Origin: Chrysomallon squamiferum
Lineage: Eukaryota; Animalia; Mollusca
DNA: 64,000 nt
Direction of reading: 5' to 3'
Assembly (NCBI GenBank): GCA_012295275.1
Contig: CM022679.1
Location: forward strand, 12,896,001 to 12,960,000
The notes under the pieces: model-generated
Databases searched by the model: none
What the model saw: only the letters and a program-made list of their open reading frames with translations
Told to the model about the DNA's origin: nothing
Program-made: the position numbers and the translations under genes
Part shown: positions 62,094 through 64,000 of the stretch, piece by piece
Layout of the letters: each line of letters starts with the position of its first letter
Position numbering within the stretch: position 1 is the first letter of the stretch

Positions 62094-62659
62094 TGTAATG
62101 TCTGAAAATACAGTCAACAAATTATAGCAAACCCTGTGATAGTACATTCATACAGACAAATACACACACGCGCACACAGAGGTAACTAACTAAATAAAAA
62201 AATAAATAAATAAAAAAATAAATAAAATTAATAATGAAAATTTGCATTTTCACTAATCAGATATATATAGTCTTTTGTTTTTCACTAATCGTTTTATATA
62301 TTTATCTTTGTCTGGATTTTTTTAAACATTCATTCATTCATCCTCTGAAAAAAAGTAGGTACGGCAGTTTTGCTTGAATATATATTATATATATATTCTG
62401 ATGAATAATTTTATATGTTATTAAAAATTCAATTTGCAGACACCTACACACCAAAAAAAACACGCGTTTCTATAACCGTGCAGAAAGAATGACGTCAATA
62501 TTAAAGAAACAAAACTACTAAATCATTTACCCAGATATCTCTTCTCGTTAACGCTCAAAACCAATTTCTTATTAATGACAGTTATTTTTATTGTTCTTCC
62601 ATTTTGTTCTGTTGTTTTTTTTCTCACACAAAAAAGGTGGGTACGACAGTTTTGCTTGA

Positions 62660-63220
62660 ATAATTCACTGATAAAACAAGATAAATTCATTATACTAAAT
62701 ATAAGACTTAATTCGTTAGATAAAATATGTTAAAAGACTTATTTTATTAGATATTTTATATAAGATAGTTCACTAGACATAAGATTTAATTCACTAGATA
62801 GATATAAGACTTAATTCATTAGATTATAATATAAGACTGTTTATACTAGTTACAAAATAACATAATTCTTATTTCACTGGATCTAATGCGATGTAAAATC
62901 TGTTTCACTAGGTATTAGACAAATTTCAACAAATATAATATATGATTTATTTCATTAGATATGATATAATACTTATTTCAATATATATTAGACTAAATCA
63001 TTACAGATATAATAAGACTGTTTTCACTAGATATAGAATTACATAAGATCTATTTCATAAGGTATTAAATAATGCACCAAAATGTTTTCACTATATATAC
63101 TATGGTGTAACACTTTTTTCAACAGATATAATATAAAACTTAATTCATTAGATAAAAGATTTATTTCATTAGATATAAAATGATATAAAACTTATTTCAG
63201 TAACATAAGACTTATTGCAA
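62660..63220. repeat. Degenerate minisatellite (core ~ATAAGACTTA(A/T)TTCACTAGAT, variable AT-rich spacers)
   Basis: Repeated ATAAGACTTAATTCGTTAGAT, ATAAGATTTAATTCACTAGAT, ATAAGACTTAATTCATTAGAT, ATAAGACTGTTTTCACTAGAT etc. at ~21-31 bp spacing. Confidence 0.7.
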
Positions 63221-63362
63221 TCGCCATACTCAACTTAATCATTTACGTTTTTGCCGTAAGGACATTTTGAAGACATAGTATTAAGAAATACAAAATCAAA
63301 GAGAGAAAAAAATAACACAATATCAAATAATAATAATAATAATAAATAATAATAATAATGAT

Positions 63363-63449
<87 letters not shown>

Positions 63450-64000
63450 TTTAAAAAAATAAAAAAAAAAAAAAATAAAAAGATGAGAAATAACAATTTA
63501 CCTGTCTCAGGTAAATAACCAAAAAATTCACGTAATTCTTACAGATATCTCATCAATATATATTCCTTCCTTTGTATCTCCTAAATGTTTTTAAAAGAAA
63601 TCATTTGCAACGGTATCCAAGAGATGACCATATTTACGTTAATATATATATATATATATATTTCTATATTTCTATTATTTGCAGGAAATCGCAGTTCTCG
63701 GTACATATTTGATAACACAAGCTATTATCATAAAATTATATGTAACATACCTGAAAGGGCGTGGTCTTCTTCCTCATTGAATCAACAGAAAATATTCACA
63801 ATCAGTTTTGATCCCACCAAAAAAAAAAAAAAAAAAAAACTCCAGATAACACACGGTTTTTTTCATTTAGATAATATTATGACAAATCTTCCTGAATGCG
63901 TATTTCTGTCGCGAATCAATAATGGCGAAGTGTTTCTGTTTATTCGGATATCGACGGAAACGAGGCAAATTCTTCGTTGTGTGGTGTGCCCAAGAAATAA

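Noticed and set aside
62660-63220. CRISPR-like repeat-spacer appearance
   Set aside because: Eukaryotic context, degenerate repeats, very short low-complexity spacers and no cas genes.

Overview
AT-rich, microsatellite-dense eukaryotic DNA from an invertebrate; a mollusc/gastropod is likely, but that is inference. Nearly all ORFs in the supplied track are either exon fragments or low-complexity repeat artefacts. Stitching exons by hand (GT/AG boundaries plus phase checks) gives four multi-exon genes. (1) A + strand type II membrane M1 zinc aminopeptidase of the glutamyl aminopeptidase/aminopeptidase A type (6661-20167, 19 coding exons, ~945 aa). (2-4) A head-to-tail tandem array of three - strand ionotropic glutamate receptor-superfamily genes, tail-to-tail with the peptidase: IR-1 (21092-29853), IR-2 (35185-47262) and IR-3 (51489-62093). 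IR-1 and IR-3 carry the IR25a/IR8a co-receptor extra loop (…LAVWDYP…) and share exon architecture. The middle gene lacks that loop, has a different core intron pattern and has Glu at the pore Q/R site. The array is a candidate co-receptor + tuning-receptor chemosensory module. Each of the four genes has at least one single-base lesion in this assembly: four indels, mostly in homopolymers, and one TG splice acceptor. These are most simply assembly errors, but pseudogenisation is not excluded. Also present: SINE-like and hAT/MITE-like remnants, three degenerate minisatellites and many microsatellites.
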